A stretch of DNA of 55,884 nucleotides, filler included, from Porpidia crustulata (lineage: Eukaryota): the NCBI GenBank assembly GCA_964255105.1. It is 6 parts of 6 records of this genome, joined end to end, with 100 filler letters (N's around TTAATTAATTAA, not from the genome) between each part and the next. Parts side by side here need not be neighbours in the genome. Positions count along the whole stretch, not along the records: positions 46,670 to 55,884 come from CAXUWE010000975.1; 5 more parts are not named here. One strand, written 5' to 3'. Within the stretch, counting starts at the first letter, position 1; every line of letters begins with the position of its first letter. The notes under the pieces are model-generated. The model was not told the origin of the DNA, did not search any database, and saw nothing but the letters and a program-made list of their open reading frames with translations. Shown piece after piece: positions 50,183 to 55,884 of the stretch. The translations under genes were made by a program, and so were the position numbers.

Positions 50183-53100
50183 ATGGCTGACCGCGTATCC
50201 ACTCGATCAGCGAGTCGGCGCACAACACCTCAGTCACCCCCAAAATCTACGGGTAGTCGTAGTCTACCATCGCAAAGCCCATCGAAAAGTACCAAGCGTA
50301 CGACACGAAGCCACAGCAACAATGTCAGCGATAGCGAGACCAGTAGAATTCGTGGAAAAGGTACCCGACGGGGAAGCTCCCGTCGAGTGTCCCTTGAAAC
50401 TGGTGAAAACATCGGCAGAAGTAAGAGAACGAAGAAACCAAGAGCTAACGCTAAGCCTACGTCAAAAGGAGTACAAGGTACATGAAATGCTATTTTCCCC
50501 GTACCTTGAAACCTTTACTTCCCACTGGCCGGACACATTCCTGCCTCTGAAGCTATCAAGCTTCGTACCTGTTATTTGCGGGCTTTGAGATTCTCCCTTT
50601 CAATTTCATGGCACCTGCTAATGACGTTCCGCTGCATTTAGACCTTTCAACTGTCAACGAAGATCCAAGTCACCTATACCCAGACCTAACCTTCTCTGCA
50701 GAGAACGCGATAAACCCCATTGATGAAGGACCTAAAGTTGTCCAGCGACATAGTCTGTACCTTGGTCAATCTCCCGGAGGAATCTCTGCTTTCTCCGGAA
50801 CTACTGCTAGAACATCGCGCTCTGCACATGAGCTACTCGGTCTGCATGCGGAGGACATGTTGGACGCACTTCCTGATCTTTCGAGTACATCTGACAAGCT
50901 ATTACGCTTGTTGGTTCCAACAGATGCGTCATATGAGGCTATCGGTAATCTTAGGAGTGATCTCGAAGTACCCGATTCAAGGACAAGTAAAAATCTTCAT
51001 CGGCTCTGGAACAGTTTTATGATCCCGAGAGAATTTTATGGCAACAATCGTTACATTCACACATTCGCGGTTCTTCGAGCGTTATTAGAAGGATTGCAGA
51101 TGCCAGCAATTCCATACGGGGTATGGAGACCTGATCCTCTGCTACAAAAAGCAAACCTTTGTAGTCTACTCATGCCCATTCTCGTTTCTTCACCAAACGT
51201 TAACGGCGACCAGGCCATTGAAGAACTTGACCAGATATTCCCGACGTACTTTTTGAATGCATTTGTGGAGCCGGAAGTATTAGATACCCATCAGGGGTGC
51301 AGCGCTCTATTGAAAGAAACGTTCCATCTAGCGCTTGAAATACGTACTCAATATGCCATCATACTTCTGAGCCGATATGTTAGCCGGGCAAACTTCGATC
51401 CAAATACGATATTGTCCCAGATTTTTTACCAGGCAACAGATAGACTGAGGGGCTGGAATATGGAGGAATTGAGAGCCGAGGGGTTCCCGAAAGCTTATGA
51501 GGACATGATATTACATCGCGTCAACCTTATTCGAGAGAGTTTCCTAGAGGAACACGAAGCTTCTCGTACTGGAGAACTTGCAGATATTGAAAGCCTCAAG
51601 AAGGAATTTCCATGGGACAATTTTGTCACGAACGTTGTGTTATGGAGCAGTGCGCGCTTGGATGAGCTAGCACTTCAGATCCGAGGTGTTGACGGAGATG
51701 GAGCTGAGGCCATTAAGCTGGCGCTGGAACAGGAGATTAAAGCTGTAATAAAAGCAGACTTGGTGGTTGATAATAACAGCCCCCAAGTCCAACTTGATTA
51801 CGACCCGCCTTCTGAGCTGTCACACGCGCCCATGAAGCAGATTGACACGATGCGACAACCAAGAACTTCAGCGAATCTATTGAAAAGACCTGGTCGTGGG
51901 TAAGTAAATCACCCGTCCTCCTTTCTACTCACTACCACCTCATTTACTTCGCTACCTGCTGATCATGGAAATCAGCTTCAATTCTTCTAAAATGCTCCCC
52001 ATTACAGCAAATCGCTTGAGAGAGCGTCAAGCAGAACGTCCGGGGCCTTACGCAGCGCAGGAAGCGCAAATGGTAGCACATGCAGTCCATGTTGCTGGAA
52101 CGGCTCCTCTTGCTGATAATCATCTGATTCATCCCGAAAGAGCCGGGGGTACGATTATATCGTCTTCTGCCCCCGCTGGGCTGACAGACGAAGCTGGGCC
52201 ACGGACGGAGGATGATCAGGGCTCGCCAGTCGACACACGGTCTGTAGACTCGGAAAGAGACCCTGGAGCCCGCGCAACACAGATTTTGCAACTCAAAGCC
52301 CAGGAGGAAGCCGAAAGCAACAAAGAGAGTCACGCGCTGGACCCATCTTCTCACATGCGGGGAATCTTTGAGCAAAGCCTACCTCGACGTTTGGACAGGA
52401 CACGCAAGCCACTGCTTATAGATCCTCAGCCCGGAGCCGTCAGAGTCACTTTCGACAGTCAAGAATTGACTCAAGATGCCCTATCAAAAAACCACGGGAA
52501 ACAGAACAACCATTCAGGCATCGAAATCGAAGACCAACAAGAGGAAATGGAAAATCCAACTCCAGACCAAGGCTTCCAGCAAGATACGCGGCCAATCGAC
52601 GTTGAGTCTAGACGCACGTCTAAACCATTGCCCAAGCGCCTTGTAGACAAAACGGCCATCGCTAAATCTAATGCCCAGAAAAGAGGTCGTCAAACGTCGA
52701 AAAGCCAAGTTGCTAGGAAGCGGTCCAAGGGGCAGCGATCGAGCCAGGTAGAGAACGAGGAAAATGACGTGACTCGGGGCAATCCTGAAGAGGAAAACAT
52801 CTCACAATTCCCACCATCCCAATTGGATAATTACAAAAAGGCTAACTCAAGTGCTAAATACATGAAAGCCGAGACACCAAAACGTGCACAGTCTCGAAGA
52901 GCGTGGACCGATTTGGAGACTGAAAAACTGATAGCTCTTATTGAGGAGTATGGAATTAGCTGGGCTCAACTGAAGGATTATGATGGCGACAACGGGGTCT
53001 TAGCAAACAGAGATCAAGTTGCCTTGAAAGACAAAGCGCGAAATATGAAGCTCGACTACCTTAAGTATGTTCATACAAAGTCCCAGATTTCTATCGTACT

Positions 53101-53269
53101 CTAACGCCACCCTCGCAGGGCCTTAGTAGAGTTACCGAGAAACTTTGACCTGATTCCACTGAATAAGATGCAGAAAGACAGGCTTAGAGGATTAGGTCTC
53201 AATTACGATGCCGAACAGGGGATGATAGTGGGGGATAGTACGAACCGTGCTGTATCGGACCAGGAGTGA
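50183..53269 (+). CDS. Telobox Myb/SANT protein, putative telomere-repeat-binding factor (TRF/Taz1/Tbf1-like); 4 exons
   Basis: C-terminal RRAWTDLETEKLIALIEEYGISWAQLK..RDQVALKDKARNMK (telobox) and a central helical region with ALEIRTQY. Introns ~50478-50641, ~51900-51975 and ~53065-53118. Confidence 0.78.
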
Positions 53270-54255
53270 TAGGCGGACGCCTGCCGTACGTCGTCGTTAG
53301 TGCAGGGCGATATGTGTTCATGAAGGAGTTCCAGCTGTATTGAGTCAACAGCCTTTTCTTTTTCAAGTGATTTATTGCTTTTTCTTGACGCTGATAGTAT
53401 TATTCACGATATCGGGAGTGCCTTGTCCAAACCAGCTATATCAATCGTATCTGAGTAGATTCCACTTGGAACAGCATCTCTAGGTTGCTCTACTTGGTAG
53501 GAGGATTACGGTCATTAATTAATCTCCACCTCGAGACCGAAGATGAAGATTGCAATTCACCCCACTTCACTTCACTGAACACCCAACACAGCATGGACAA
53601 CACCCCAGTCCTCGCTTAAACCTCGTATCATCTTAATTCAGAAGAAGTTGTTTTGGTCTGGTCACCAACACCATTCATACGAACGGATGCAGTCCTTATC
53701 GTCTTGCACTCCCTGTCGTACTTGACATACTGTTTTTGACAAAATATCGTTTTAGTGCTTATGTCACTTCTAGATCAACATACTTCGTCTTCGGAGCTTT
53801 ACAGAGCCCTGACGTTGATCTCACGACCCCAGTCCCCAGAAAGAATTGTTCGATACAATCTGCAATTTCGGTCTCGGTTCTCATTGCTACGTCTGGATAA
53901 CTATGGCCGATCTATTGCAGATATGCTTGAATTTGGGTTTCGTAGGTAATGACGCCGGAGGACTCGCGGAGGCGCTCATGGCTGGAGTTGAGTAGTTCGC
54001 AAAGACTGCATTACAACGTGATATACACAAACGTATCGACGAAAACGAAGTTACCCGTGGCTTCTTATACGGCTCGGGTGCTGGAGACAGAATTTGGGGT
54101 CGACTATCAACATCGGTGTCGAAACCTTCGCTACCGTGGCCTAGGGACCGAGATAGGTAAAATTCCAGATCCTACAGACGACGACTCTTTCATATTCTAA
54201 AAAATCCCAGTATCACAGGGTTTGTACAGCAGATATTCAGCATATTTATTCAGCG

Positions 54256-55631
54256 TCAGCGCGATCTACTCTCATCGTCGTCCCTTGAAGACACATCTAC
54301 GTTGCAATCACGAGCGTTCCTTAGAGGACCATTCCAACAATTTTCGTTCTTTGTTCGTGATCATATGCTGAATCACTGTGTCTCCGGACCTTACAGCCAG
54401 CAATTTAGGACTGTCGTGCTGTGTTTTTCCAGAGAATCGAACAATTGAGAAAATTCTGAGCCGGGGATGAGTCGAAGAGAGTTGTGAACTCCGGATACGC
54501 GCTATCAGACTTAGCCTACCCAAGCGGTGCCCAGACCAAGCATCAACGCGGAATTTCAGGTCTTCGAGAGTCGCATCCGCAAGTCTATCAACCGTATCAT
54601 TGTCATGATCTGCGCTGTCCTCCCTATCTGATATCTCAACTTTTTTCCCTTTGGGGGTAGTTTGATCGACAGCCTGTCTCTGTTATCATCGATAAGTATA
54701 GCTTTAGTATGAGATTGAACTAACATAACATACCTTGAACGACGATGACTGCTCCCGTAAGGAAGCAGTTGAGCTATCTTCTGATGTGTCTTCAAGCGTA
54801 GGCGAAGCCGAGGACTGTTCTGTCGTGAAGGGAGGTACAAACTGCTCCTGCAAGGAAGCAGTTGAGGGCTCTTCTGATCTGTCTTCAAGCGTAGGCGAAG
54901 CCGAGGACTGTTCTGCCATGAAGGGAGGTACAAACTGCTCCTGTAAGGGAGCAGTTGAGGGCTCTTCTGATCTGTCTCCTACTGCGGGCGAAGTCGAAGG
55001 CTCTCCTTGTGATGGGGAATCTGAGTGTACGACGGCTTGTTGTTTTCCAACCCTGACAGATCTTTACTCTGCAAGTTCATTGATCATCAACAAAAAAATG
55101 AACTACGTACATTTTCTTTGTTCAGTTCTTTCTATTCTTCAGCGCCTTTGCTAAGTTCTCTCCGCGAAGAATTCGGTGTTCAGTCTTGAAGTTTCTTTCG
55201 AAAGATTTACGAGAAAGGCTTGCTGAAGCTGAAGCACTTCTACACAGATCATAAGATCAGTAGATCGTATGCATTAGAAGCTTTTAAGCTGAACATACAA
55301 AGTTTCATTATGACTAGACATCACGACAGATCTATTCGAAAGCTACTTGAAAGAGAAGAGTCGAAGATGAAGAATGAAAGAAGTAGACGAAAGATCAGAA
55401 CAGATGATGTTGAGAAGCTATGAATTACGGTTGAGAGATGCGCGTCATTACATATCGAGTCGAGAAACATACTTTCCTTTTCAGGCAAGATCACGACGAC
55501 GGCGAGTCCCCATAGCTTCGGGAAAGGCTCTTGCTCTTCCGGCTTAACGACTATTCAATGACTGCTTCATCAGCCGCTCAGGGAATAGTCGTGGCCTTTT
55601 GATTATCTGATGAAATAAATCCCTGTTTCAT
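54256..55631 (-). pseudogene. Multi-exon gene relic of unknown function with in-frame stops and internal 31-aa repeats
   Basis: Several GTATGT/GTACGT/GTAGGC..AG intron-like segments separate coding-like blocks. There are TGA/TAG stops in the 5' exons. Boundaries are approximate. Confidence 0.45.
54749..55002. repeat. 93-bp tandem repeat, ~2.7 copies
   Basis: Units start with ctgctcc at 54749, 54842 and 54935. The minus strand encodes EQSSASPTLEDRSEEPSTASLQEQFVPPF-like 31-aa units. Confidence 0.9.
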
Positions 55632-55884
55632 ATCCAACGAGGCAAACTGTCAGGCGACCAAGAAAGGGAAAGAAGGTGGAGGGATGAGGTCCTCGATTGT
55701 TCAAGTCCCCTCAGACGGGGTTTAGCGCTACCCAAATGAAGGATTGGTTTTAGGGTCAGAAACCTTGCCCTTATCAAATCGCTTCCCAATCTTGAACATG
55801 CTTTAGCACGGGTGTAATGAAAGCACGAGCAGGCAGCTAAAAAGGGGGAAGGGTAAGTAGGGGCGGAAGGGTGCGTAGCGGGGG

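Noticed and set aside
18693..55884. Functional gene cluster linking STE11, Opi1, the transporter, the oxidoreductase and others
   Set aside because: The genes lie on separate unlinked contigs and are ordinary conserved genes; no secondary-metabolite backbone enzyme is present

Overview
This window is filamentous ascomycete (Pezizomycotina) nuclear DNA; a lichen-forming lineage is possible but is inference only. It is not one locus. It is six ~9.2-kb contigs (9252, 9240, 9235, 9222, 9220 and 9215 bp, in descending length) joined by an artificial 100-bp spacer, N44-TTAATTAATTAA-N44, so adjacency across spacers carries no information. Contigs 1 and 3-6 hold mostly ordinary intron-containing genes: a Cys-rich secreted protein, a Zn2Cys6-type TF with a degenerate zinc cluster, an atypical SDR, MED6, a His-phosphatase, bleomycin hydrolase, VPS18, STE11, YAR1, a WW protein, an MFS sugar transporter, Opi1/Ccg-8, an MDR oxidoreductase, GDT1 and a telobox-Myb protein. 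Contig 2 (9353-18592) has no recognisable housekeeping gene and looks like a decaying accessory island. It carries a TDP2-like EEP pseudogene, an array of quasi-palindromic 14/17-bp repeats, a frameshifted PD-(D/E)xK-nuclease-like gene head-to-head with an intact orphan gene, a tRNA-like Pol III A/B box and a casein kinase I pseudogene. The best candidates for novelty are this island and two tracts with no CC/GG dinucleotides, which suggest non-canonical RIP-like mutation. None of these is proven from sequence alone.
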